64,000 bases of DNA from Candidatus Latescibacterota bacterium. GTDB taxonomy: Bacteria > Latescibacterota > UBA2968 > UBA8231. A program made the translations under genes and the position numbers. Numbering within the stretch: position 1 is the first letter of the stretch; each line of letters starts with the position of its first letter. The notes beneath the pieces are model-generated. The model saw only the letters and a list, made by a program, of their open reading frames with translations, was not told the origin of the DNA and did no database searches. Below are positions 10,239 to 19,287 of the stretch, piece by piece. The DNA lies in the NCBI GenBank assembly GCA_965248355.1, contig OZ252098.1, forward strand, positions 4,608,001-4,672,000, read 5' to 3'.

Positions 10239-12380
10239 TCAGGGTGGGCCGAGGTCTGCTTCGAGCCCGGCGTACCAGGTGCGGCCGGAGGCGGGCTCGA
10301 AGAAGCGGTCGCCGAAGGCGTTGGGGGTGATGGAGCCGTTGTAGGCGGCGTCGAGGAGGTTGTCGACCCCGACGAAGACGCGCAGGCGCCCGAAGGCGAA
10401 GGACCGGGGCGCCACCAGGCGCAGGCCGGCCACGGCGTAGGCGCCGTTGTGAAAGTCGAGCCGGGCGGCGTCGCTGCCCGGTGGCGGTCCGTTGTGGTCG
10501 TTGGCGTAGTACCCGGCCACCCACTCGGTCTCGACCTCGGCGCGGATGTCGAGAGGCAGTTCCGCCGTGACATCCAGCAGCAGCCGGTGAGGCGGCAGGC
10601 CGGGGACCTGCTTGCCGGAGAGCTGCACGGGTTCGTCGCCGGATCGGATCACGTAGTCGTCGAAGCGGAAGTCTATCCAGGTGTAGGACAGGTCTGCGCC
10701 CCAGGCGCCGTGGCGGGCACCGAGGGCGGCCTCCAGGCCGCGGCTGGATGTGCGCCCGGCGTTGCGGTAGTAGACGGCCTCGCTCGCCGGGTCGTCCACC
10801 TGGAAGGGGATCAGCATGCCGTCCACGGCGAGCCGGTAGATCGCCGCGTCCCAGGTCAGGCGGCCGGCGCGGTCGCTTCCCCGGAGGCCAGCCTCCAGGC
10901 TGGACACGCTCTCCGGGTCCAGGTCGGGGTTGAAGCCGCCGCCGCCGTCGGGACGGTTGCCTAACTCCACCGTGGTCGGCGTCTGGAAGGCGGATCCGTA
11001 CGAGGCGTAGAGCAGCGTCCGCGGCGTCACCTGCCAGCCGAGGCCGGCAGAGGGGCTGAGCTGGGAGAGGTCCCGCGTGCCGGAGTCGTCCCCGTCGCCG
11101 AGGAGGCGGTCCGTGGCCTCGAAGGCGTAGCGGTCCAGGCGCCCCCCGAGGCTGAGGGTCCAGCCCGGCCGGGGGTGGACGGCCAGGGCGGCGAAGGCGC
11201 CGGCGCTGCCCACGGACTCCTCCTGGTCCTGCATGAGGGCCCCGAGGGCCACGCTCTCCGGCACCCGGGCCGGTTCCGTGTCCGCGTCGGCGAGCCCCTC
11301 GTTCTCGTGCTCGCGGCGGTCGTCCCTCTGAGCCTCCAGGTCCACCCCCGCCTTCCAGCTGCCCGGCAGGTTCCCCAGGCGCAGGGTCCGGCCGTGAACG
11401 GCCCTCAAGCCGCCGGCGCGCCGCTCCAGGTCGATGACCGCCCCCGGGATCGGGTTCAGCAGGCTGCGGTCGACCCCGTAGAGGGTCAGCTCGGTCCGCG
11501 CCCCGCCGTCGGTGTGGCGCAGGGTGATCCCGCCCTGGCTCTGCCGCGCCTGCTTGGAGGCGCCCTGGCCGACGATGAAGCCCCGGGCGAAGCGGGGCCG
11601 CTCCCGCGAGTCCGCCCGGTTCAGGGAGCTGGGGTTCAGGAGGTAGGGGGCGTCGTAGAGGTTGAGCACCCAAACCAGCTCCCACGACGGGCGCAGGCGC
11701 GAGCGCACCACCGCGTTCAGCCCGCGTACCCGCGCCTCGGAGTGGTCGCGGTACCCGTCGAGGTCCAGCTGCCGCAGGGAGAGGTGGAAGGAGTGGCGAC
11801 CGCCGCCGCGGAAGGCGAGCTGGCGCAGCCACAGGCCGTCGCTGCCGGCGACCAGTCGCGGCTTCACCCGCACGCCCGCGGCCTCGGGGTGCCGTGTCTG
11901 GATGGAGACCACGCCGCCGCCGGCGTTGCCGTACAGGCTCGAGTTGGGCCCGCGCAGGACCTCCACCCGGCCGGCCGTGGCCAGGTCGATGTTGCCGAGC
12001 TGGGTCTGGCCGTCCGGCGTGGTCAGCGGCACCCCGTCGAGCAGGACCTTGACGCCGCGCACGCCGAAGGCGGCCCTCGCCCCCAGGCCGCGCGCCGTCA
12101 GCCGCGGCCCTTGGGACGGGTTGTTGCGCTCGGACACGTGCAGTCCCGGCACCTGGCGCAGAGCCTCTGCCAGGGAGAGCGACTTTTCACCCGGCGCGAA
12201 GCGCTCCCGCCCGACTGCGGAGACCGCCAGCGGCAGCCGGTCCAGGGGGGCCGCCTCCCGGACGGCGGTGACCACCACCGCCGGCGCCGTGTATTGCGTG
12301 GTGTCCGGGGGATCCGCGTCGGCGGCGAGGGCCGCCGGCAGCAGCAGGCAGACGGCCGTCGAGAGGGAGAAGCGGCGCAT
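10239..12380 (-). CDS. TonB-dependent outer-membrane receptor
   Basis: Signal peptide MRRFSLSTAV..., 'VVVTA', plug 'RVEVLRGPNSSLYGNAGGGVV', C-terminal 'DNLLD..Y...FFEPASGRTWYAG'. Confidence 0.92.
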   Translation of the reverse strand: MRRFSLSTAVCLLLPAALAADADPPDTTQYTAPAVVVTAVREAAPLDRLPLAVSAVGRERFAPGEKSLSLAEALRQVPGLHVSERNNPSQGPRLTARGLGARAAFGVRGVKVLLDGVPLTTPDGQTQLGNIDLATAGRVEVLRGPNSSLYGNAGGGVVSIQTRHPEAAGVRVKPRLVAGSDGLWLRQLAFRGGGRHSFHLSLRQLDLDGYRDHSEARVRGLNAVVRSRLRPSWELVWVLNLYDAPYLLNPSSLNRADSRERPRFARGFIVGQGASKQARQSQGGITLRHTDGGARTELTLYGVDRSLLNPIPGAVIDLERRAGGLRAVHGRTLRLGNLPGSWKAGVDLEAQRDDRREHENEGLADADTEPARVPESVALGALMQDQEESVGSAGAFAALAVHPRPGWTLSLGGRLDRYAFEATDRLLGDGDDSGTRDLSQLSPSAGLGWQVTPRTLLYASYGSAFQTPTTVELGNRPDGGGGFNPDLDPESVSSLEAGLRGSDRAGRLTWDAAIYRLAVDGMLIPFQVDDPASEAVYYRNAGRTSSRGLEAALGARHGAWGADLSYTWIDFRFDDYVIRSGDEPVQLSGKQVPGLPPHRLLLDVTAELPLDIRAEVETEWVAGYYANDHNGPPPGSDAARLDFHNGAYAVAGLRLVAPRSFAFGRLRVFVGVDNLLDAAYNGSITPNAFGDRFFEPASGRTWYAGLEADLGPP

Positions 12381-12720
12381 GTGTCGGCCTGGCGCCGGCA
12401 GTGGGGCGGCCCTCCAGAGCCTGCAGGCCGCAGTCAGCAGCCGGGTGCACGCCGACAGGGAGGACGACCGTGCGCGGCGTCCGGCCGAGGGGGCGGTCCA
12501 GGCGCGCAGGACTGCCGTCAGCCGAGGGGCGGTTCGGACGGCGGTCCACACCCGGATCAACAGCAGCAGGGCCTGCGCCGGGAGCGAGGAGAAGCACCGT
12601 GCGCGGCGTCCTGCCGAGGGGGCGGTCCCGTGGCGAAGGGCCGCCGCCAGCAGGCGGACCGGCCCCAGGAGCGGGGCGCCGCCTCCCCCCGTGGGCGGCG
12701 CGGTCAAGCCGGCGGCTGCC
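12340..12720. repeat. Degenerate direct repeats upstream of, and overlapping, the TonB receptor start
   Basis: 33-bp ACCGTGCGCGGCGTCC(G/T)GCCGAGGGGGCGGTCC at 12467 and 12596 (1 mismatch); more diverged copies near 12365 and 12520. Confidence 0.75.
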
Positions 12721-13055
12721 GGGAGTGAGGGCGCCATCGCCGGCAGGATCGGTGCCCTGGGTGAGGGGGCGCGCCTCATGCGGCAGGCCCCGGGAGCGAG
12801 GGGGCGCACAGCATGGGGCTCCTCGCAGGCGGTGCGAGTACGCGGCCGGCTTCCGTGAGTAGGGGGCCGGCGATCCAGGCATGGGTGGCCGCCCTCCCGT
12901 AACCGCGGTTCAAGCGGGGCATCCGCTGGCAGCAGGCCATCGGTCGGTCCATCCTTCCTCCATCTTGGCGCGGGGCATGCGGCGGCCTATGGTAGTGGCC
13001 CGCGTCGGACCGGCGCCACCAGAGCCGGCGTGCCCTCGCCTCATCCCTCGACCCC

Positions 13056-14060
13056 ATGTCAGACAACCCCATCCCCACCACCGGCCGCCGCGTCGTCGTC
13101 CGCCCCGACGGGCAGGTCGGCACCGAGCCCTTCGAGATCACGCCTCCCGGCCCGGGCCAGGTGCTCGTCGAGACCGTTCGCACCCTCATCAGCGCCGGCA
13201 CCGAGCTCGGCAACCAGGAGCAGCACCGCACGGGGGACTATATCCCCGGCTACTCCAACACGGGCCGGATCATCGCCCTCGGCGGCGGCTGTGACGGCTA
13301 CGCCGTGGGGGACCGGGTCCTCTCCTTGGGGCACCACGCGAGCCACGTCACCGTCTCCACCGCTCCGCAGTCCCTCGCCCGACTCCCGGAGGGCGTCTCA
13401 TTCGACGACGGCGCCTACGGCGTCATGGGCAGCATCTCCATGCACGGGGTCCGCAAGGGGCGCCTGGAGCTCGGGGAGTTCGCCGCCGTCACCGGCATGG
13501 GCCTGGTGGGCCAGCTGGCCCTGCAGCTGGCGGCGCGCACGGGGTGCGAGCTGCTCATCGCCGTCGATCTCAGTGCGGCGCGCCTGGAGATCGCCGCCGC
13601 CTCCGGGGCCAGCTACACAATGCAGCCCGGCGACGACCTTCCCTCCCGCATCGCCGCCATCACCAGGGACCGGGGGCTGGACGTCGCCATCGAGGCCTCG
13701 GGCTATCCCGAGATCCTGCCCGTGCTCTTCGACATGGCCCGCATCGGCGGCCGCATCATGGCCCTCGGGTCGATCTGGCACCGCAAGGTCGAGGTCGACT
13801 TTATGGACTTCCATCAGAAGGAGCTCATCCTGGTGGGCTGCCACCAGCCGAAGTGTCCGACCACGGCGACGCCGGCCTGGCCGTGGACCCAGCAGTACAA
13901 CCGCCGCCAGGTTCTGAAGATGATCGAGCGGGGAGAGCTGGACGTGGCCCGCCTCACCAGCCACCGCCTGCCGTTCACCGAGGCCGCGGAGGCCTACCGG
14001 CTCCTGCGCCACGAGCGGGACCGGGCCCTCGGCGTCCTGCTCACCTGGGGACAGTCATGA
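13056..14060 (+). CDS. Zinc-binding (MDR family) alcohol dehydrogenase
   Basis: ISAGTEL, PGYS, GMGLVG Rossmann motif, DVAIEASG. Confidence 0.88.
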   Translation: MSDNPIPTTGRRVVVRPDGQVGTEPFEITPPGPGQVLVETVRTLISAGTELGNQEQHRTGDYIPGYSNTGRIIALGGGCDGYAVGDRVLSLGHHASHVTVSTAPQSLARLPEGVSFDDGAYGVMGSISMHGVRKGRLELGEFAAVTGMGLVGQLALQLAARTGCELLIAVDLSAARLEIAAASGASYTMQPGDDLPSRIAAITRDRGLDVAIEASGYPEILPVLFDMARIGGRIMALGSIWHRKVEVDFMDFHQKELILVGCHQPKCPTTATPAWPWTQQYNRRQVLKMIERGELDVARLTSHRLPFTEAAEAYRLLRHERDRALGVLLTWGQS

Positions 14061-15292
14061 AGGTCACGGAGATCGAGGTCCACCGGATCAGCCTGCCGTA
14101 CGTCGACTGGATCGCCTACCCGCTCAACCACTACTACGGGCCGACGCAGCGCACCATCTACGTGGCCCACACCGACGACGGCCTCATCGGCCTGGGGGAG
14201 AGCGGCTCCACCGAGCCGCAGGAGACGGTGGACCACTACATCGGCACCAACCCCTTCGACCACGTGGGCGACGAGGTCTCCCTGGGGCTGGGCACGGCCA
14301 TGTACGACCTGATGGGGCAGGCCGCGGGCGTGCCGGTCTACAAGCTCTTCGGACAGAAGCACCGCTCATGGGTGCCGGTGGGTAGCTGGACCGTCTCCAC
14401 CCATCCCGACCGCATGGCCGAGGCCGTGCGCGAGTACTCGGCCCAAGGCTACACCTGGATGAAGTTCCATCTGTCGCCCTTCGAGAACGTCATCGACCAG
14501 ACCGAGGCGATGCAGGCGGTTGCCCCGAAGGGGTTCCGCATCCACTACGACTTCACCATGCACGGCACCGACGACCACATGTTCACCCTCCTGGCGAAGC
14601 TGGCGCGCTATCCGATCGCCGGCTGCTTCGAGGACGCCCTGCCGGCGAACGACCTGCCCGGCTACATGGAACTGCGCAAGCGCAGCCCTCTCCCCGTCGT
14701 CCTTCACCACTCCCCGCTGGGGGCCACCTACGAGGTCCTCATGGGCGCCGCCGACGCCTACATGCTCGGCCACTCGCGAATCGGCGACACCGTGCGCCGG
14801 GCCGGGCTCTTCGCCGCCGGCGACATCCCCTTCATGCTGCAGAACGTGGGCGGCGACATCACCCGCGCCATGACCTGCCACATGATGGCCGCCTTCCCCT
14901 CGGCGCACTTCCACTTCTTCAGCGACTGCGAGACCTGGGCCGACGACGTGGTGCGCGAGCGGTCGCAGCCGGTGAACGGGTTCCTGAGGGTGCCCGAGAG
15001 ACCGGGCCTCGGCGTCACCCTGGACCGCGAGGCCCTGGAGCGCCTGAAGCGGCTCGAGCTGCCCGCTCACTCGCGGTGGATCGTCCGCTCCCGCTTCGCC
15101 AACGGCGCGCGGATGTACAACATCGCCGATCCCGCCGAGTCGATCTTCATGGTGCGCCCCGACCGGCGGCGGCTGATCCCCATGAGCTACGACGCCCCCA
15201 TCGAGACCGACTACTGGGACGACGACGGCTCGCCGGAGTACCGCGCCATGTTCGAGCGGATCGAGCGCGAGGGGATGGTGCTGGAGCGCTGA
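14057..15292 (+). CDS. Mandelate racemase/muconate lactonizing (enolase superfamily) enzyme
   Basis: MKVTEIE start with ATGA overlap; TDDGLIGLGE, AMYDLMGQAAGVPVYKLFG, VPERPGLGV. Confidence 0.85.
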   Translation: MKVTEIEVHRISLPYVDWIAYPLNHYYGPTQRTIYVAHTDDGLIGLGESGSTEPQETVDHYIGTNPFDHVGDEVSLGLGTAMYDLMGQAAGVPVYKLFGQKHRSWVPVGSWTVSTHPDRMAEAVREYSAQGYTWMKFHLSPFENVIDQTEAMQAVAPKGFRIHYDFTMHGTDDHMFTLLAKLARYPIAGCFEDALPANDLPGYMELRKRSPLPVVLHHSPLGATYEVLMGAADAYMLGHSRIGDTVRRAGLFAAGDIPFMLQNVGGDITRAMTCHMMAAFPSAHFHFFSDCETWADDVVRERSQPVNGFLRVPERPGLGVTLDREALERLKRLELPAHSRWIVRSRFANGARMYNIADPAESIFMVRPDRRRLIPMSYDAPIETDYWDDDGSPEYRAMFERIEREGMVLER

Positions 15293-15309
15293 GGTTCCGC
15301 GTCCGCGGC

Positions 15310-16926
15310 TCAGAGCCCGGCCGCGTGCCGTCCCGCCTCGGGATCGCCGGCGGCCAGGAATCCTCCTCCGGCCTCCACCCGCAGCATCACCGGCGCCGAG
15401 ATCGCCCCCGCCTTCGCCTGCAGCGGGTGGCCCCGCCGCTGAAGCTCGGCCCGCACCTCCGCATCCACGGAATCGTTGATCTCCAGGGCCCCGGCGTCGG
15501 TGAAGGTCTCTTCCCGCCGCGGGTTGGGGTCGAAGGAGTTCTGGTGGTGGAAGGAGCTGAACCGGGGCGCACGCACCGCCTCGGCCGGGGTCATGCCGAA
15601 GTCGATGGCGTCGAGCAGGAGGGCCAGGGTGGTCTGGTCCTGGCGGTCGCCGCCGGCGACGCTCACGGCGAAGGCGGGCCTGCCGTCCTTGAGGACCAGC
15701 GTCGGGGTGAGGGTGATGCGGGGTCGCTTGCCGGGCTGGATGCAGTTGGGGTGGCCCGGCGTCGTGTTGAGGCTGCGCAGGCGGTTGCCGTAGGTGACCC
15801 CCGCCTCGCCGCCGTCCATGCGGGTGGTGTCGACGTTGGCGCTCGGGGTCGCCGAGACGACGTTGCCCCAGCGGTCGGCCACGACGCAGGTGGTGGTGCC
15901 CTCGCCGCCGGGCCGGAAGACGCCCCCCGGCGTGACCGCCTCCATGGCCAGCGGATCCCCCGGGCGCGCCTCGGAGGCGGCGGCGGCCATGTCGATCAGC
16001 GGTCGGCGCAGGCTGGTGTAGGCGTCGGAGAGCAGGGACTCCAAGGGCACGTGGACGAACTCCGGGTCGCCGTAGTGGGCGTCGCGGTCGGCGAAAGCCA
16101 GCTTGATCGCCTCCACCACCGCGTGGACGTAGTCGGCCGACAGGTGTCCCATGGCCGCCAGGTCGAAGCCCTCCAGCAGGCGCAGGGCCTGCAGCAGCGC
16201 CGGACCCTGGGTCCAGGTGCTGCACTTGCAGACCGTGTAGCCGCGGTAGTCGGCGGTGGCCGGCTCCTCGATGGTGGTGCGGTGGGCGGACAGATCGGCC
16301 CGGCGCAGGAAGCTGCCGTGCTTGACGAACTCGGCCTCCAGCTCCTCGGCGATGTCGTTGCAGCGTGAGGAGCGGCCGTAGAAGCGGTCGCAGGCGGCCT
16401 GCAGCCGGTCCTCGCGGGAGCCTCCCGCCAGACTTTCCTCCTCCACCATGCGCCGCAGGGTGCGCGCCAGCTTCGGCTCCCACTCGCGGTCTCCGGCGTC
16501 GAGGATCTCGATTGTCGGGGCGACGACCTGCCCAAGGGACATGGTGCCGTAGCGCTGCATGGTGGTGATGCACAGGTCCACCACCGAGGGCACGGGAGCC
16601 ATCTTCATGTCCCCCCGCCCCGGGATGCCGTGGGCCATGTACCAGTCGATGGCCGCCGGGTCCAGGGGCGCGCGGCCCTGGCCCGACAGGGACTTCACCT
16701 CGCCGCGGCCGGCGTCGTAGATCAGCAGCGGCACCTCGCCGCCGATGCAGCAGGCCACGTGGTCGGTGACCTGCAGGGCGAAGATGGTGGCGGCCGCCGC
16801 GTCGGCGGCGTTGCCGCCCTGCTCGAGGATCCGCATGCCCGCGGCCACGGCGCCGGCGCCGCCCGCGGCCACCGCGCCGGCGCCGCTGGACGCCTGCCAA
16901 CCGATCTGATCCGTGCCTTGCGCCAT
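15310..16926 (-). CDS. ggt: Gamma-glutamyltransferase family protein
   Basis: GGNAADAAAA, GTTTCVVADRWGNVVSATPS (catalytic Thr), PGKRPRITLTP, GGDRQDQ. Confidence 0.9.
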   Translation of the reverse strand: MAQGTDQIGWQASSGAGAVAAGGAGAVAAGMRILEQGGNAADAAAATIFALQVTDHVACCIGGEVPLLIYDAGRGEVKSLSGQGRAPLDPAAIDWYMAHGIPGRGDMKMAPVPSVVDLCITTMQRYGTMSLGQVVAPTIEILDAGDREWEPKLARTLRRMVEEESLAGGSREDRLQAACDRFYGRSSRCNDIAEELEAEFVKHGSFLRRADLSAHRTTIEEPATADYRGYTVCKCSTWTQGPALLQALRLLEGFDLAAMGHLSADYVHAVVEAIKLAFADRDAHYGDPEFVHVPLESLLSDAYTSLRRPLIDMAAAASEARPGDPLAMEAVTPGGVFRPGGEGTTTCVVADRWGNVVSATPSANVDTTRMDGGEAGVTYGNRLRSLNTTPGHPNCIQPGKRPRITLTPTLVLKDGRPAFAVSVAGGDRQDQTTLALLLDAIDFGMTPAEAVRAPRFSSFHHQNSFDPNPRREETFTDAGALEINDSVDAEVRAELQRRGHPLQAKAGAISAPVMLRVEAGGGFLAAGDPEAGRHAAGL

Positions 16927-16941
16927 GCTCCTGCGCCTCCC

Positions 16942-17091
16942 TTACGGGTGGCCCTCCAGGTGACGGTCGATCCGGGCGTTCAGGGCATCGAATCGTCGCT
17001 CAAGGCTGTCGATCCTGGCACCCAGAACCTTCCAGAGAAAAACGGTGGCAGCCACTACGACCGCCGGGGTCAAATAGGACTCCAGGCTCAT
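16942..17091 (-). CDS. Small membrane-anchored coiled-coil protein (49 aa)
   Basis: RBS GGAGG and upstream TTGACA; TM helix then RIDSLERRFDALNARIDRHLEGHP; paralog at 29132. Confidence 0.7.
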   Translation of the reverse strand: MSLESYLTPAVVVAATVFLWKVLGARIDSLERRFDALNARIDRHLEGHP

Positions 17092-17166
17092 TGGGTAGCC
17101 CTCCTTCCGCAAGAACCTTCCGGCGGAAAGGCCCCTTGTCAAGCCATCGGAGGAACCGGGGCGCCG

Positions 17167-17622
17167 TCAGCGGCGGGTACTGCCCTTCACCTGGCCCCAG
17201 GACCGGGGCGTCACGGCGGTGGCCGACGAGATCACCAGCGTCACCCGGGGCAGGTCCGCTTCGGCGGGCCCCTCCAGGTAGCGGCCCTCGCGGTCGAAGT
17301 AGCTCTCGTGGCAGGAGCAGGCGATGAGGCCCTCCTCGTCGGGCAGGGAGACCTCGCAGCCCCAGTGAGGACAGGCGCTGCTGAAGGCGATGAGCTCGTC
17401 CTCCGACAGGCGCACCACGATCACGGGCTCGAAGCTGCCCTCGGGGAGCACCTTCATGGAGCCGCCCACCTCGGCCAGGGCGGCGAAGCGCGGGTCGTCG
17501 AGGTCGATGACGACCTGCACCTCCCGCCGCTGCTGCGGTCCGGCGCCGGCGGTCTCCCGCCAGGCGGCGGCCCCGGCCACGGCGAGGGTGACGACGCGGC
17601 GCCCGAAGCACCTGCGGTCCAT
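17167..17622 (-). CDS. Tat-exported Rieske [2Fe-2S] protein with SWGQVK tail
   Basis: RRxF signal, CPHWGC and CSCH ligand boxes, 'FDREGRYLEGPA'. Confidence 0.88.
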   Translation of the reverse strand: MDRRCFGRRVVTLAVAGAAAWRETAGAGPQQRREVQVVIDLDDPRFAALAEVGGSMKVLPEGSFEPVIVVRLSEDELIAFSSACPHWGCEVSLPDEEGLIACSCHESYFDREGRYLEGPAEADLPRVTLVISSATAVTPRSWGQVKGSTRR

Positions 17623-17648
17623 GGGTTGCGGGACGGCGCCCGGTCCGT

Positions 17649-18041
17649 CTACTCGCAGAACAGGCGCACCCGCTCGCCGTCCTCGCCTTCGATGTTGATT
17701 TCCAGATCGGCCAGCGACTCCACCAGCTCCTCGGATGCCATGTTGAAGAACTGGTCGATGTCGAAGCCCTCCTTCTTCAGCTTCCCCTTGGCCGAGTCCG
17801 GCACCAGGGCCCCCAGGCGGATGCCGGTCCGGATGAGGGCTATGGGGATCTGCAACTCCACCTTGTCCTCGCCGTCGGCGATCTGGATGCGCAGATAGCG
17901 GGGTGCACTGCGGGACAGGTCGTCCGAGCGGCCTGCCTGCGCGGGCGGGGCCTCCACCTTGTCGAGCAGGCGCTGGGCGTCGTCGACGCTGATCTGGTCG
18001 GCGGCCAGCATGTCCAGGATCTTGCGGCGGTCCTCACTCAT
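17649..18041 (-). CDS. SHOCT-like (YvlB/LiaX N-terminus) domain protein
   Basis: MSEDRRKILDMLAADQISVDDAQRLL; 'PRYLRIQI...KVELQIPI'; RBS GAAAGGAG. Confidence 0.8.
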   Translation of the reverse strand: MSEDRRKILDMLAADQISVDDAQRLLDKVEAPPAQAGRSDDLSRSAPRYLRIQIADGEDKVELQIPIALIRTGIRLGALVPDSAKGKLKKEGFDIDQFFNMASEELVESLADLEINIEGEDGERVRLFCE

Positions 18042-18063
18042 GAGGGGTCTCCTTTCATAATGG

Positions 18064-18294
18064 TTACAGCACGTGCAGCAGGAAGCGCTCTCGGGAGCCG
18101 CTGCGGACGCTGACGCGCAGACCCCGCGCCGCGGCGGCCAGCCGCAGCAGGGCGATGCCCCGGGGGTCGCGGGCGATCCGGCCATGGGCGATGACGGGCA
18201 GGGCCAGCGGCCAGAGGAGAACCACGGGGATGGGCACGGGGACGACCCAGCGCCCGCGCCCGAAGGCGAGGAGGACGAGCACGGGCGGGATCAA
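18064..18294 (-). CDS. Small membrane protein
   Basis: TTG start overlapping the DUF2089 stop (TTGA); hydrophobic 'VPVPIPVVLLWPLALPV'. Confidence 0.6.
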   Translation of the reverse strand: MIPPVLVLLAFGRGRWVVPVPIPVVLLWPLALPVIAHGRIARDPRGIALLRLAAAARGLRVSVRSGSRERFLLHVL

Positions 18295-18647
18295 GGCAGC
18301 TCCTCGAGGGCCTGATCGAGGGTGATCTCCCCGCGCGACAGCCTGTCGAGCACCGCGGACTTGTCGGAGGACGGGGGCGGAGTGAAGGCCGCGTCGAGCT
18401 GCGCCACGATCCGGTTGAGCCGGTTCTTCACCGTCGGGTAGCTGATCCCGAACAGCGATTCCATGCGCCGGATGGACCCGTGGCCGCGCACGAAGGCGGT
18501 GACGAAGACCTGGTCGTCGAGGTCGAGCTGGCCGAGGGCCGAGACCTCGATCTCGCCCTCCACGGCCACGCCGCAGGCGCGGCAGACCATTCGCTCGACT
18601 TCGAGCGGTTTGGAGCACTCGGGGCATTGCGCCTTTGAAATATCCAT
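18291..18647 (-). CDS. DUF2089 family protein (Zn ribbon + HTH + SHOCT-like)
   Basis: CPEC..CRAC, 'GISYPTVKNRL', 'VLDRLSRGEITLDQALE'. Confidence 0.88.
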   Translation of the reverse strand: MDISKAQCPECSKPLEVERMVCRACGVAVEGEIEVSALGQLDLDDQVFVTAFVRGHGSIRRMESLFGISYPTVKNRLNRIVAQLDAAFTPPPSSDKSAVLDRLSRGEITLDQALEELP

Positions 18648-18669
18648 GGAATCATCCCCTGTTTCGGAC

Positions 18670-18870
18670 ACCAAGGTAAACAGGACATCAAAAAAATCAA
18701 GTTCTGTATTGAATTATTGAATAATTCTGGCTTCGCCAAAGGGAGAGGCGTCGTCGTCAGGGGGAAGCCAGAGGCAACCGAGCGCCAAGAGCGATCCAGT
18801 ACAAAATTTGTCCTGATTGAGAGAAATTATCTTGCAAAGGACATGTTTTTCCGTAGGATAGTCGTCTATT
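18670..18870. promoter_or_regulatory. AT-rich divergent promoter region with a perfect palindrome
   Basis: GAATTATT-G-AATAATTC at 18711-18727; TTGATT..TACCTT (minus) and TTGCAA..TAGGAT (plus) promoter-like pairs. Confidence 0.6.
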
Positions 18871-18885
18871 CGTGGAGATTTTCCA

Positions 18886-19287
18886 TTGAGGAAAGCACTC
18901 GAGCACTGTCCCGCCTGCGGCGGAGAGCTCCGGATCACCCGGCTCAGCTGCGGAAGCTGCGAGACCGAGATCACGGGCCGCTTCGCCGCCACCGTCTTCG
19001 ATCGCCTGTCGCCGGGCTCCCTGGCCTTTGCCGAGGCCTTCCTGCGGGCCCGGGGCAACGTCAAGGAGATGGAGCGCGAGCTGGGCGTCCCCTACGCGGC
19101 GGTGCGCAACCGCCTCGACGAGGTGGTCGCCGAGCTGGGCTTCGAGCGCCGGGGAGAGGCCCAGGCTCCGGCTCCCCCTTCGGAAGACGGCGGGCGCCGC
19201 GGCGTGCTGGAGCGTCTGGAGCGCGGCGAGATCGACGCGGAGACGGCGGTCACCATGCTGGAGCAACTGAAGGAGAAAGGAACATGA
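18886..19287 (+). CDS. DUF2089 family protein
   Basis: CPAC..CGSC, 'GNVKEMERELGVPYAAVRNRLDE', 'VLERLERGEIDAETA'. Confidence 0.88.
   Translation: MRKALEHCPACGGELRITRLSCGSCETEITGRFAATVFDRLSPGSLAFAEAFLRARGNVKEMERELGVPYAAVRNRLDEVVAELGFERRGEAQAPAPPSEDGGRRGVLERLERGEIDAETAVTMLEQLKEKGT

Noticed and set aside
12380..13050. Cobalamin riboswitch upstream of the TonB receptor
   Set aside because: No recognisable B12-box or conserved core motifs by eye; an Rfam scan would settle it.
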